Origin: Polymyxa betae A26-41
Lineage: Eukaryota > Protista > Endomyxa: Phytomyxea
DNA: 64,000 bases
Assembly (NCBI GenBank): GCA_003693705.1
Contig: RBZT01000563.1
Coordinates: 1-64,000, forward strand
Reading direction: 5' to 3'
In this document: positions 12,401 through 25,738 of the stretch, in pieces
Layout: every line of letters starts with the position of its first letter
Position numbering within the stretch: position 1 is the first letter of the stretch
Translations under genes and position numbers: made by a program
Notes under the pieces: model-generated
The model's input: the letters and a program-made list of their open reading frames with translations, nothing else
Database searches by the model: none
What the model was told of the DNA's origin: nothing

Positions 12401-13504
12401 AATCACTCATAATGGCTACCGAATCAACGCTAATGTAAGCTCTGTTTATTCAGATAAACCCGTTTAATTTGCGAACTGCGAATAGGACAGTAAATATCGG
12501 CGGGGAAGAGGACAAACCCAGTCTAAGAATAAATGTCGGATATGAACATAAGATTGGTGCGATATCAAAAATATTAACTGGACGCTTGGACATGACAGGA
12601 TCTGAAAAGACCAGAGCTCTGTTGCTGATTGGTAAAGGTCACTGCAATGATTCATTGCACCAAACATCACTTGATTCTGATTTGAGATTTTCAGATGGGA
12701 GTCTATGTAAATATCAGACGTTATGAGGATGATGGTCGTAAGACCAGGAATCATCAAACCGTCGTCTAATCGAATACACAGACATATGAATCTCGATGTT
12801 CTGGTCGTTCTTCACCAGCTCAGCCCAAGCCCTCATCACCGGGTTTGATACCGATCAATGACGTGAAACTGAATCGGGTCTTAAAAGAAGTCGCTGAAAA
12901 ATTAATTAGGAAAACGGCTGGCAATGCTGAGACCAATATTGCAATCGGAGTCGTAACGGCGCCCGGCTCAATTTCGATCAGATCAGTAGCAGATGAAACG
13001 TTCCGGGTCGTTGTTCGTGGCCCATATGTCCACTGTTCAGGAAAGTTTGCTGGTGACATTATCACAGTGGTAGTGGCAGACAATTACAATGATATTATCT
13101 ATGAGATCGTATTTAATATCATACTGAGCTCATAGATGATACATACTGACCGAATGGATTTATGCCTCTGGAGTCTCATGTGATTTAATTTGTTGCCCGA
13201 TCTTGATTATGTCGATATCAATAAGCACAACTATATACTGTAGACCAAGCCAGATCAAGATTACCGTATTGCAGGATGTCGGAAGGACATCAAGCTCATA
13301 GCGTCATTCGCTCTCAGTGGTATGCCAATCACTATCCTACAACCTGATCTAGAGAAGTATCTCAATGTTCACTCTCTATGCCAATTACTAAGGCGAGCCA
13401 TGTTCTTCACTGTATCTCTGCTCTCTAACGACAATTCAGACATTATTGCAGAGCATATTCGGGGGTTTTGATTCTGGAAGGATATTCCAAACAGAAATTG
13501 TTGA
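9423..13504 (+). CDS. Large divergent multi-exon beta-strand-rich protein, possibly DDB1/CPSF1/SF3B3 beta-propeller family; ends approximate
   Basis: 806-aa open frame at 10018-12438 with flanking spliceable exons. Size, N-terminus (ALCQGRF...IALV) and repeating short beta-strand pattern fit a multi-propeller protein. No diagnostic motif found. Confidence 0.45.
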
Positions 13505-14147
13505 AACAAATGATCATTTAATGGAAGCGATTTGGCAAGCAAAATGATTGCTACAGCCAATGAATACCGCATACGTATATAAGGATTGGATTGGATTTAC
13601 TAGTTTGGCGGCGCGGTGACCTTCGCGCAAGGCAGGTAGTACTGAGGCATCGCCTCAAAATCTTACCAGGGGACTCTTACTTCCAGTTTCAGAGCCATTA
13701 ATTATTTCACCCATGCATACGTATAGAGATTCCGGGTGTTAGTAGACAATGATCAACGGTGGTATATTGATCTGGATCCTCATACATAATGATGCTAAAG
13801 GTTTGTATGTATGGTCCCACTAAGTTGGTGCAAATACTGATTGTATTAGGGTGACCAGTAAGCATGGGATCCTGAGTCTAACCATCGCACGATATCCATT
13901 TGAACAATGCCAATTCACCATTAAGTAGAATAAAAACCGATATTGGATAAAGTGGGAATATATCTGTATAATAACATGAAGTAAAGTGGTGATTGATTGT
14001 AATACATAGAGGTGGCTCTTATAGAGTAGAAGTTTGGTGGTTGCGCCATAACATGTCCCAGGACCAGATAGTGTGATATTACGCAGATCTGCTCCCGTCA
14101 TCTTTATTATTGGATCACATATCTTCATCAATCTCTAGCGTCTGACC

Positions 14148-15449
14148 ATGTCAGCAGCTGCACGCAACCGAAACAGAGGCGTACAGAGCATTGCCAGGAT
14201 CTATGCCAATGTTAATGTTGAACAGCCCAAGGAATACTGGGATTACGAGTCGTTCCAGATTAATTGGAGGTGGTGATGTCCAACAGCTTGTTGCTGGTGC
14301 TCAGAATTAACTTTTTTTTTATTGTAGAGGCCAGGACGATTATTTAATTGTTCGCAAGATTGGCCGTGGGAAATATTCGGAAGTATTTGAGGGCTACAAT
14401 ACCAGAGCTGGAGCTCCATGTGTTGTTAAGATTCTGAAACCTGTCAAAAGGAAGAAGATCAAACGTGAGATTAGGATCTTACAGAACTTGTGTGGATGTC
14501 CAAATATTATTACTTTATTGGATACTTGCAGAGATCCACAATCTAAGACCCCTTCTCTCATATTTGAATTTGTCGATACTATCGATTTTAAGGTGATCTG
14601 AGGCAATATATGCTCATTACCTCTATCTAATCCAGGCTCTTTTAGACGTTATATCAATCTCTGAGTGATTATGATATTCGTTATTATATTTACCAGATTC
14701 TGATTGCATTGGACGCCTGTCATTCTCGTGGAATTATGCACCGTGATGTAAGCAGCAATTATATTTGCAGTTTATGTTTTATATTAATGTGCCTTTTGTA
14801 GATTAAACCCCATAACATTATGATTGATCATCGTCGTCGTCAACTACGTCTCATTGATTGGGGTCTGGCTGAATTTTATCACCCCGGTAAAGAATACAAT
14901 GTTCGTGTTGCCTCTCGTTATTTCAAAGGTCATTAGCACTGCATCAAGTAGATTATCGATATATTTATTTCTGCATATAATAGGTCCAGAACTGTTAGTA
15001 GATCTTCGTGATTACGATTACTCATTAGATATGTGGAGTCTGGGATGTATGTTTGCTGGTATGATATTCAAGAAGGAGCCTTTCTTTCAAGGTCAAGATA
15101 ACTACGATCAGCTTGTTAAGATTGCTCGTGTTCTTGGAACTCGGGTAGATCTGCTTACAAACGACACATTGATTAAGTCCTGACATTTACTTTACAGGAT
15201 CTTCATGCTTATCTGGTCAAGTATAATCTGACTCTTGATCGTCATTATGATGGATTATTGAAAAACATGCCTCGGCGTCATTGGGATTCTTTCATCACTC
15301 CTGAGAATCGTCATCTGGTCTCAGATTCGGCCTTGGATTTCCTCAATGGTCTGCTCCAGTACGACCATCAAGCCAGATTGACCTGCCAGGAAGCCATGGC
15401 TCATTCCTATTTCGACCCGGTTCGAGCCGAGATCGCCGAATCTGGTTGA
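14148..15449 (+). CDS. CSNK2A: Casein kinase 2 alpha catalytic subunit, multi-exon
   Basis: [39 protein letters not shown]|[26 protein letters not shown]. Confidence 0.97.
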
Positions 15450-15867
15450 AAGTTTTAGTCGAGTTTCAACATGTTGATTTAGGAAGATCTTTTTAATTAC
15501 AGTCAGATATAAAATTGTCAATCTTTTCATATATTAAAAGAAATTCAATGGGAATAGATATTGATAGATTAATCAGACAGTGGAGTGCTATCAACACTAT
15601 TCAATTGGTGTGAGCAACATTTCATTTGGGATAATCAATTACAACTGCCAGCGATCTTCGGAAGGAATTTGTTCTTTTACAACCCTTTCCATTCATGAAA
15701 CGGCAATGTACAGGAACTAAAAGCCATTTGCGGAAGTCAATTCAGCGTTGTTAAAATACCGGAAGACATTACAGAACTGTAAGCAAATGATGGATGGTTC
15801 AGGCTAACTCAATGAGATATTGGAGAGAACATATCTTTTGGAGATATTATCTGGGAAATCGATAATA

Positions 15868-16511
15868 ATGGATAAGCTTGAGTTCACAATTGTGATTATC
15901 GGTGATGACGAAGTTGGTAAATGGGAGCTGTTAGAGACCCAGATTGGTAGTGAGAACGTTATAAGAGAGTGTCATACTGCTTCAATACATGAAGGCCCAA
16001 GAACAGATCCAGTTCATATCAAATATGTAAATATACCATCCGCACAAAGATATATTAAATTAGCACCAAGATATTGGACATCGGCTGCTGCTATTGTTCG
16101 TACAATAAGCAGAGATGCATATTGACAATTCGGATTCAATATCGTTCAGGTGTTTGTATTCGATCAGAACGATCGAGACAGTTTCATTTCCATATCAACC
16201 TGGCTGTCAGCCCAGCAAGATTTCGATCAAATTCAACTCTTTTTGATTGTCAATGTCCATCAACAAACAGTCGGTAATAACAGCAAACCAGCAACAGTCA
16301 GATTCGTTCAATGTGAGCAGGTGGTAAACAGTTCGTGACCGAGAACGAAATTGATCAGCTGGCCAAGCAATATCGAATGCGAATATTGCATCGGAATAAA
16401 ATAGATCGTGTCCTGGATGAGGTCGTGAAGGTCATTAAACAGGTTGCTGTGCGAACCACCCTTGCTGGTGATCTTCTGGGACGTCGTATTGGCATTATAC
16501 CAGGCAAATGA
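15868..16511 (+). CDS. Highly divergent Rab/Ras-like small GTPase-fold protein, 3 exons
   Basis: FTIVIIGDDEVGK P-loop. QRYIKLAPRYWTSAAAI|VFVFDQNDRDSFISISTW parallels the Rab ERYxSLAPxYY..A..IVVYD....SF..L..W pattern. Confidence 0.65.
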
Positions 16512-16719
16512 GAACCAATCTCATTTAAACTCTAAATACAATACAGAATCATATTTTATCTTAATACGAGTATTACGTTAGTCTGTTGAAGGTTTTAAAA
16601 AAAATTGCGGATTTCCAAGAAAATTTCTGAATATTTCTGAGCTAACGACAGTGAGACCGAGACGCTGTTCAGAGATCAAGATCGAGGCTCTTGTTAATAG
16701 ATCGATCTGTGGGTCTTAA

Positions 16720-17375
16720 ATGGGCAATGCTAACAGTGCTGCTTTAACCAGTGATGATATCGAGGAGCTTCGATCTCCAGATATATCTCAATGTACATTC
16801 AAGTCGTTTTATATCCTGTTTCATAAATAATATGATTGATCTTCTAGTTACTGAGCAGCAGATTAAAGCACTTTATGAACGATTTCGTCGCCTAGATAAA
16901 TCATCCAGTGGCTATATCACAACCCATGACTTTGAATTAATTCCTGTAAGTTATATATAACATTAATATATGTATGTTATATTAGAAACTGATTGAATTT
17001 GGACAGGAGCTTAGTATGAATCCATTATGTCATCGTATTATTCATCTATTCGATAGTTCTGGCATCGATAGGGTCAACTTTCGCGATTTCGTTCGAACTT
17101 TATGGAAGTTCAGCTCTGGGTGTCCTGTAGATCAAAAACTTCGTGCTGCCTTTGAAGCATATGATGTTGATGGTGATGGTGTGATCGGTTATGATGATCT
17201 CATGTATATATTGAAATTACTATCTGGTGTCTATCTAACTGATGATCAATTACATGGCATTGTGACCAGTACAATCCAGAAAGTGGACACCAGCAAGACC
17301 GGGGCCATCTCATTCGATAATTTTCGAGATAATATCGGTATTGGATTGGCACAGAAACTCACTGTCAATATCTGA
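16720..17375 (+). CDS. Calcineurin B / CHP-like EF-hand protein, 3 exons
   Basis: MGNANS myristoylation-type start, LYERFRRLDK, NPLCHRII, KLRAAFEAYDVDGDGVI, four EF-hand positions. Confidence 0.88.
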
Positions 17376-17615
17376 TATCATTCATTACTAACATCCATAC
17401 CCTACCTGTACACACCAATAATATTGTTCAGTGCTTATCAATATATACATCAACTATGAATTATTTGAAATACAGTTGCTCATGAAGCTCGAAGCTAAAT
17501 AATTTTATAGTTGCTGAGTGCCATTTGTATAGAATACAGTAATGTTACATTACGATATCAATGTTTGATGTTGCTCTTGACTGCGTAGTCTGATCTCTCA
17601 TCTGATTGCAGACCC

Positions 17616-18056
17616 ATGAGCGACCTAGCTGAATGGCTTGAAGGTATAAGCAACGTATCTGTCTCTGAGACTCATCCCTCATTGTATTCATTGCAGCTGA
17701 AGTCAGTGTCATCACTAATGACGGTAGGAATCTTGTAGGACGTCTTCGTGGATTTGACCAGGTTGTGATGTGATGCATTGATGAAATCGAGCTAATTTTC
17801 ATTGTATAGTGCATCAATATTGTATTAGAAGAATGTCATGAACGTGTTTACTCAACAACATCTGGTGTTGAACAGGTTGTTCTAGGCCTTTATGTTGTTC
17901 GAGGAGATAACATGTAAAGATCTATCTCATGATCTGTTCTCATATCACTCATTGGTTATTTACAGATCTGTTATTGGGCAACTCGAGCAAGATCTTGATT
18001 CACAGCTTGATCTTAGCTCTATACGAGCTGAACCACTAAAACCCATTGTACACTAA
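17616..18056 (+). CDS. LSM8: U6 snRNA-associated Sm-like protein LSm8, 4 exons (absent from the ORF track)
   Basis: Spliced translation MSDLAEWLE-AEVSVITNDGRNLVGRLRGFDQ-CINIVLEECHERVYSTTSGVEQVVLGLYVVRGDN-ISVIGQ...IRAEPLKPIVH. Confidence 0.92.
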
Positions 18057-18200
18057 ACTAAATAACCATCCAACAATAAATACAATTCCACTATCTTATT
18101 CATGAACATAGCTTGGTCGAATAAATTCATGATATGCTATATATGATCTCCATTGTTTAAGATTACTGAACTGACTTGGACATAGATGTGATGGATGGTA

Positions 18201-20264
18201 CTACAAACCACTTCTAGATCCCGGCTTAAACCCGGTTGTTCCATCGGGGCCGGCCGCCATCCGCGTGATTTGTTTCACACGATTTGAATTCGACGGGCGC
18301 TGCGATGGAGTGCTCAGCTGTTCGATCTTCTTCAATAGCGCTTCTTCTGCTGTAGAGATCGGGGCTGCCTTCGTCTGCTCAATGGAGCGAGCCACTCTCT
18401 GCCTCTTGCGATTGTTGTAAGTGAGATTATTTACAAAGACCTCGTCATTCACGTGTAATACAACACCACCATTCACATCATTCTGACTATATGCAACTGA
18501 TTCATCATCAATGCGAATGAAACCGCCATTAGGATAAGTCGATTCAACAACGCCTTTCTTCGGCATCAGCCTCAACAGGGAGATTCTCGAGCTGGCATCA
18601 GACGTTTCTGATAATCGGAATGCAAATTCAACGTTGTCTCCAGCACGTAATGCTGTCCGCCCAACCAGCAGATCATTCTGGCTAAAAAGCCAAACATCGG
18701 AAGAGAGTTGTGCTTTGATTACAGATTCCTCTGTGAGCTTCACCGATCCCATCACATTATCAGAAGCAGAAGGTAAAGGGGCCGCCTGTGGTTGATCGGT
18801 TTTGCCCCAGAATGGGTTTGATGAACGAGCTCCTGGTTCTTGAATCACAGTACCTTGTAGATCAATGGCATTGAAATGAACACTGCCGGCAGGAAGAATG
18901 GTGAGACGAGAGGCGCTTAGCTGATCTTTGACATGATTGATATTGAATTCAACTTCATTGCCGACATGAATGGTTGCATTAGGATCCAAGACTTCACTAA
19001 AATGAAAGAAGAGAGGATCTTGGCGTGATTCACATTTGATGAAACCGTATTGCTGCTTCAAGACGGTGACAATACCGCGTTCTCGACCGATTGGAGATGG
19101 AACTATCAAAGTAATCTCTGTTGCAGATTTTGCTCGTGTTCGATTATGCATGGCGATCTTGAACTCAACTTCATCACCTGGAAGAAGCTCATATCTGGGA
19201 TCAGCCACGTCATTATTGCTAAACGATAATGTCCTTGTTAAGACTCCAGGGTTGTTAATCGGAGATGTCAACCTGGAGACAGGAGCTGATTGGCTCATAC
19301 CAGTACCAGTACCAGTGCCAGAATGTTCATCAATGATATATTCAATATTGCCAAGCTCGTGGCTACCAGTACTGTTCCGTTTTGCTCTTGGGCCTTTAGC
19401 AGCAGCGAGTCCAACACTGATAATGCCTCTGCGAGGTGTCATTTCAATCTTTTGATGCTGAATGGTACCCGGCTCAAGCAATACAACACGTGTAGCATGC
19501 ATTTGATTTTTCTTATTGGTTCCAACAATAAATGAAACTTCTGCACCTGGGTGAATACAGACTCCTTGATTCGATACTTCCGAGAAATGAAAGAACATTT
19601 GCTTCTGATCTCGATCCAGACACCGAATAAACCCATATGACTCTTTGATAGCCACCACAACACCGGTCTCTCGAAGAGTTTCATCAGCAGTGTCAATTAT
19701 TCCATTGCCTTGGTGAATGAGACGAATATTGGTGGCGCCCTGACGCCCAGAACGTTTTTCAGTAAATAGCTGAAATTCGACAATATCGCCAGGGATGAGT
19801 ATGGGAGTGTTTTGAGGATCATCGATATCGCGACCACTGAACTCTAGTAGAGCATATGGACCTTGAGGACCATTAATAATCTCTCCACTACATATGCCTG
19901 GAACATCCTCAATCTCAGCTCGAATTCTACCCCCGAATGGTTCACTTGGTGCTGTTCCGTTTGGGCCGATATGCACCTGAAGTTCGCGTTCCACAATCCC
20001 TCGAGAGCGAACATCCGATATTTCTTCGAAAACAACGGTGCCAGGAGGTAAAATCAGAACTTGAACGGCGCTTGGACGACCCGATTCGGGATCTGACCGA
20101 ACTGAGAATGACACCTCATCACCAGTCTCGATAACACGATTCGGCGAGGCGTTCATCAAGGATGAAAAGTGGAAAAAAATCTTATCTTCACGTTCAGCAC
20201 ATCGTATAAAGCCAAAAGCGTCCTTAACGGCGATAACGACGCCGGTCTCACGAACGTTGTTCAT
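18201..20264 (-). CDS. CSDE1: Multi-cold-shock-domain RNA-binding protein (UNR/CSDE1-like), intronless
   Basis: Three clear GFI.C...FFHFS CSD repeats plus degenerate ones. C-terminal RMAAGPDGTTGF (SUZ-C-type) motif. Confidence 0.85.
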   Translation of the reverse strand: MNNVRETGVVIAVKDAFGFIRCAEREDKIFFHFSSLMNASPNRVIETGDEVSFSVRSDPESGRPSAVQVLILPPGTVVFEEISDVRSRGIVERELQVHIGPNGTAPSEPFGGRIRAEIEDVPGICSGEIINGPQGPYALLEFSGRDIDDPQNTPILIPGDIVEFQLFTEKRSGRQGATNIRLIHQGNGIIDTADETLRETGVVVAIKESYGFIRCLDRDQKQMFFHFSEVSNQGVCIHPGAEVSFIVGTNKKNQMHATRVVLLEPGTIQHQKIEMTPRRGIISVGLAAAKGPRAKRNSTGSHELGNIEYIIDEHSGTGTGTGMSQSAPVSRLTSPINNPGVLTRTLSFSNNDVADPRYELLPGDEVEFKIAMHNRTRAKSATEITLIVPSPIGRERGIVTVLKQQYGFIKCESRQDPLFFHFSEVLDPNATIHVGNEVEFNINHVKDQLSASRLTILPAGSVHFNAIDLQGTVIQEPGARSSNPFWGKTDQPQAAPLPSASDNVMGSVKLTEESVIKAQLSSDVWLFSQNDLLVGRTALRAGDNVEFAFRLSETSDASSRISLLRLMPKKGVVESTYPNGGFIRIDDESVAYSQNDVNGGVVLHVNDEVFVNNLTYNNRKRQRVARSIEQTKAAPISTAEEALLKKIEQLSTPSQRPSNSNRVKQITRMAAGPDGTTGFKPGSRSGL

Positions 20265-20602
20265 AGGGAAGGTGCAGATAAATGAATGATTAAAGAGATA
20301 ATGATATCTGGGAGAGAATCAGGAGTATAGTTGAGAGTCCAGATAGATGGTGGTGTATAGAGATATTTCAATAGCTGGACCAGATAGAGATTGGACAATG
20401 AGACACGAGATCAAGCTTAACGAGGAAGATCAAGATGTATGCGCTCTAACTACTGTCTAATAAAAGGAGTTAGGAGAAGGTCGCGCCACTGACTACGGCT
20501 CTTATTATTTTATTGCCACATGCTTCATTTTATATATCAACTGTACATACGTCAATCAAGCTGTATTCGTCTTTCGATATCAACCACGTTAGTAAGGGAT
20601 GT

Positions 20603-22232
20603 TTATTCCAGATGTTCCTCTTCGGCGATCTTATTGAGAATGGATTGGTTTAAGCAACGCTCAGTATCCGTCCTAGCAGTGGTTAGCTTCATTACGCCTT
20701 GTTATTTTGAATCTCTCTTACATTTCAACTTTTTGCAGTAGAAGTTTTTCCTCAAATTCTTTAATTTGCTGCTGAAGCTCTTCCTGCAATCGACGTTTTT
20801 CTTGGTTCGCATGTGCTGCGGCTAATTCAGCTCGTTCTCGATCATGTCTTGCGATTTCCATCAATTTTTTTTTGGACGCAAATTCTGCCTGTTCATATAC
20901 AGTGAATGCCCCATATCGGTTTGAGTTTCATAATTTTACTTGTTTCGCTGCCGCTTTACGCCTGATCTTGTCTTGGATTTGCTGCAATAGCTTCGCTTGA
21001 TTATCATCAAGTGCCTTCTGTCGCATATCGGCTTCATTTTTGTCACGATTGGTTTGCATCTCAGCGATTAGTTGCTGATCACGTGCAATACGTTCTTCCT
21101 CCTTTCGAACAATCTCTTCGCGATGTTTTTTGATAGTTTCATATCCCGCATCATGCTGACGCTGCTTTTCGTGGCGATTTTCTAATTCTTTCAATCGTTC
21201 CTGCTCTTGTTTGTCCAACAAATCTTCATACATTTTCTGCAAACGCTTGTTATCTTGTAGCTCCTTTTCTGCTAATGCACGTTTTGCTTCTCTTTCGCGG
21301 TTGTTTTCCAGGATTAGTTCCCATTGAAGTTTGCGATTCTCCTCTTTTTTTGCGACTGAATATGCTTTGTCTGCTTCTAGTTTTCTTCTAAGGTTTTCGG
21401 CTGCTCTTTTTTGCATCTCCTTCGTTTCATTTAGTTCTCGCCTTCGGTGTCCTTCTCGCTCTTTGATTTGCTGAATTCTGCTATTTTTTAGTTCGTCCAT
21501 TTTTCTGTGATAATCAGCCGCGAGTTCCTTGTTCTGTTGATTCAGCTGTTGCTGTTGCTTTCTTCTTTCATTGACTTCGTGCTCTTCAGCCAAAAGAGCT
21601 TGATGTTCGGTTTCTTTGTGTTGTTTCATTTGCTGGATCAAACTCTCTCTATATCGTTCTTTGGCTTCTTCACGTTCATGATGGAGGTTTTTCATCATTT
21701 TTTCAAACTGACGTTGTTCGTAATGAATAATGGAACCCCAGTTAAGATCCTTCCTAGATCTGGGTGTTGTTATATCTGGTATTGGCGTTTTGTGAAGTAG
21801 ATCTCCCCATTGCTGTTTTTTCATATCCTCCATCACTTTCTTCTCAAAGTCTTTATCCGAAATCTGGTTGATATTTTGATGCTGTTTCTTGGGTTCGGCA
21901 TAATTTTGCTGACTTTCGATTCGCGCTGTGGTGGCTCCCATTTCATGAGACTGTGGCAAATCTTGATGCTGCATTAGAGTGGATTTTGCTCTGGAAATCG
22001 TTGGAGGCGGCTGATCTTTTTTCTGCTGGTGACGAGAGATCTTGGCTGCTAATGTGTTATCTTTCTCAGCCTCCAGATACAACCGAGCTAAATGTCTACG
22101 TGCTTTGCGTGTTAGATGACCATTGCTGTACAAAGCAGCTGCACCAGTCATGGTTTGTCTCAATAGCGAATGGAATATCTTGCTGCCATGAGCCTCCTGA
22201 CAAATATCTCTAGCGATATCAAAACCAGGCAC
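20603..22232 (-). CDS. Long E/K/Q/R-rich coiled-coil protein (trichohyalin-plectin-homology type, probably ciliary); start uncertain
   Basis: 434-aa charged coiled-coil exon. Downstream exons end TDTERCLNQSILNKIAEEEHLE*. Confidence 0.65.
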
Positions 22233-22367
22233 ACTTGTTCGGCTTCCCCCTGATTACCCATAATTGGCAATAAGTATAGACCAAGGTGCAATATGCAATA
22301 GCAAATAACATGACAACTAGGTGTTAGTCTACATAGGTTGATATAGTTGATGTAATGCGTTCATAGA

Positions 22368-23424
22368 ATGTCGTGTATAGTGATTGATAGAACCAGTGAC
22401 TTTATTACAATTCTGTCTCAGCATCAATGTCCATATCATCGTCAGCAGCATTACTCGTTGTCCACATTCAGGGACCAGGCTAACCATATGGTCACTTGCA
22501 TGCTCCTAAGTCTTGTCTCAAAGCTAAATATGCATGCAGGCTGGCCTTCTCTTTGAAAAGGGGCGCCTCATCAAACAGCAACGCTCAGCCTATGTGGCTA
22601 TATCTACTTATGGAATTGGTCCTTCCATGACAGATCATGAACGTGAACAGCTCGATTATGATATGACCAGCTTTGCCAAAGCATTCGATCAAAACTTGAC
22701 TCTTTTGCGAACATTGATTAGTTCGTCACCGAAAGCTTCGTTAGACTGCAAAAAGCATTATGACCTGATAGTATTGTATTTATATACCAAACTGCAAGCC
22801 TTAATGGAGCAAGTTCGTGAAATGAGACTATTTCGTTCCAAACGTCTGAAACTTCGCGCTCCAACCGCTTCCTCTTCCAAGATTCAGCACCCTTCTGTAT
22901 CTGTAGTTTCAGCTAGAGCCGCGTTATTGGAGAATCAAAGTCAGATGGAAAACCCAACTCAGGACCTGAACAGGTCTGAAAATCTGCAACTATCCTCAGA
23001 GCAGATGCTAATGCTGGAGCACGAAAATGCTGCTTTATTCGCTGAGCTTGATTCGGATATGAATGCAGTTAGAGAAGCTGAAGCAAAGTCAGACATTTAC
23101 TCTTACTATAACGAGGAACTTTCTGAACGATTCTTTTGGTAGGTTGAACGAAATTGCCGAACTATTTTCATTATTCTCCACCAAGATAGTGGAACAGCAG
23201 CAACAGATCGAAACTATTTACGACAATATTGTATGTGGCTATCAGCAACCAAAGCTCGTGCTCAGTGAGAATTTGATTAGGTGACTGGAAAGTCTAATAT
23301 GGATATGGCGTTGGATCAGTTGAGAAAATATCTTAAATCCAGTGTCAGCTTTCGATTGAATATTCTGACCATATTTGTGATAGCTAGTTTATCTCTGCTC
23401 TTCTTAGATTGGTTCCAAGACTGA
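22368..23424 (+). CDS. STX18: Syntaxin-18/Ufe1-type Qa-SNARE, 4 exons
   Basis: DRTSDF N-peptide, MTDHEREQLD, LEHEN, SNARE helix FSTKIVEQQQQIETIYD, C-terminal TM ending LLFLDWFQD*. Confidence 0.85.
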
Positions 23425-23448
23425 TTACTAACTGCAGCTCCAATAAAC

Positions 23449-24722
23449 ATGGCTATAAGGTTTGTACAACCTCCGAGCAAGTTTGTGGGAAGGACTTCCC
23501 TGATTAATGTCTTGCATCTATCACTGATTAATGCGATTCCGACTTTGGATCTCTTTCATTGCTTTTTGATGGCGCTGCTGTTGCATACAAAAGAAGATCC
23601 AGGAACCAGTGATGATCTGCTTATATTCAGTACATTGAGGTTTGATGTCTCCAGATACATCGTTCAGTTCCATGTTGATTACGTACAAAATCATCGTGAT
23701 GGTTTGAAATGCAAGCTTCGACGTCGTCGTCGTCAGGTTGATGCTCGATTGCGAAACCTGACAATCGATCAGTTCATAGCGTTCATGAAAATTGGTGATG
23801 ATTACAGACGTCGAGGGAGTCCTTTACGCTCACTTCCTGTTCTGATCAAATGCCGCTCATGCCTGCAGTCCTTAATGTCGTGCTCTTTATCCAACATTCA
23901 TTTAGCAAAACTTCACGAATCATCTGGAGATGCTATATCGGATTTCGAACTGCAGGCCATCCAAAACATGGTAGAAGGTGGCCAGCTCGAATTAGCTGTC
24001 GATGCAATCATAATGAGCAGTCAGCTGTCACTGTCATCAACACAGCAACAGACACTGAATCTATGTATTGAACGTTTAAAATCTGTCCTGCTGTATGGAA
24101 TTCACAAGCAGCTAATGTTGTCTGAAAGGAAATCACTGGATTCAGTTGCTAACGGGTTTCCAGAGTTCTTATCGAGTCTATCACTTCTAAATCAATTAGG
24201 AAAGACAACGCAGGCATTATCAGCATTCTTCGAGTTCCACACATTTATTCAAGAAAAAATATTATCCAGCATATGGACAGGTATAACGACAATTTTGTTT
24301 GGAGAGGTTAAACTAAACCATATTATGTACAGCTAAGACTGATAGCTTAACATGCGCTATTAAAACTGTTTCATGTTGCACTAATGGCATTCTTTCAGCA
24401 TTACAGCAGTTTAAACAATTATTTTCCGATATTTTTCCTTTGACGAAATTCACTGTTTGGACAACCTCACAGGTACGTACAGGCTATCGATACAGAACGG
24501 AAACAAACAAATTGATGCTTGCAGATGACGGTATTATCTGCTGCAACTGCTGAATTTTTATCACATTGCAGTAATAACGAACATATTCAGGCGGTTTCCG
24601 ATCTTCAACACCGGTTACAGCCATTGGCTAAATCGGGCTTCAACTTCTGGTTTTTATTTGAAAAGGCCTTAAGTATGAACAGAAGGAAGAAGATTCAAAA
24701 TCGTCAGTACGACGCAGCATAA
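23449..24722 (+). CDS. Hypothetical helical protein, weak resemblance to the exocyst Exo84 C-terminal region
   Basis: 295-aa ORF plus two spliceable downstream exons. The helical segment LLNQLGKTTQALSAFFEFH is reminiscent of Exo84, but this is weak. Confidence 0.4.
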
Positions 24723-24770
24723 ATTTTTATCACAAATCTTCTGTTGCCATCAAAGTAGAAAATATAAATT

Positions 24771-24971
24771 AATATGCTGTTTGTCAATTGAAAATTTGAT
24801 TGAGCATCTGGCAACAGATGGATCAACATTCTTTTATAGATTGTGTTAAGATCATTCATTCAGACCTCATCAATATGCTGTTGTTTCAATTGAGAATTTG
24901 ATTGACATCTGGAAACAGATGGGTCAACATTCTTTTATAGATTGTGTTAGATCATTCATTCAGACCTCATC
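24771..24971. repeat. Direct tandem duplication of a ~100 bp unit (2 copies)
   Basis: aatatgctgtt...cattcagacctcatc at 24771-24871 and 24872-24971, differing by a few substitutions and indels. Confidence 0.95.
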
Positions 24972-25020
24972 ATTATGCCTCCATAGATGGGTTTTTTAAT
25001 ACTGATCAATCATTCAGACC

Positions 25021-25608
<588 letters not shown>

Positions 25609-25694
25609 CTACGCAGTCAGGTAGATATCTAGAATGAAGGAGTGAAAGGTCTGGATGGATTTTATGTACGCAATCAAATAGATTCTGACTGGGG

Positions 25695-25738
25695 CTCTCT
25701 CTCTCCCACCCTCTCTCTCTCTCGCTCTCTCTATCTCT
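25695..25738. repeat. Interrupted (CT)n microsatellite in the divergent UBC4-SERCA intergenic region
   Basis: ctctctctctcccaccctctctctctctcgctctctctatctct. Confidence 0.8.

Noticed and set aside
13600-14131. Possible small minus-strand gene upstream of CK2
   Set aside because: I could not assemble a consistent spliced frame or recognise a motif.
19036-20134. Plus-strand ORFs overlapping CSDE1, and similar antisense ORFs over ATP2, KAS, the RING gene and the HMG gene
   Set aside because: These are antisense shadows of well-supported genes and have no motifs of their own.
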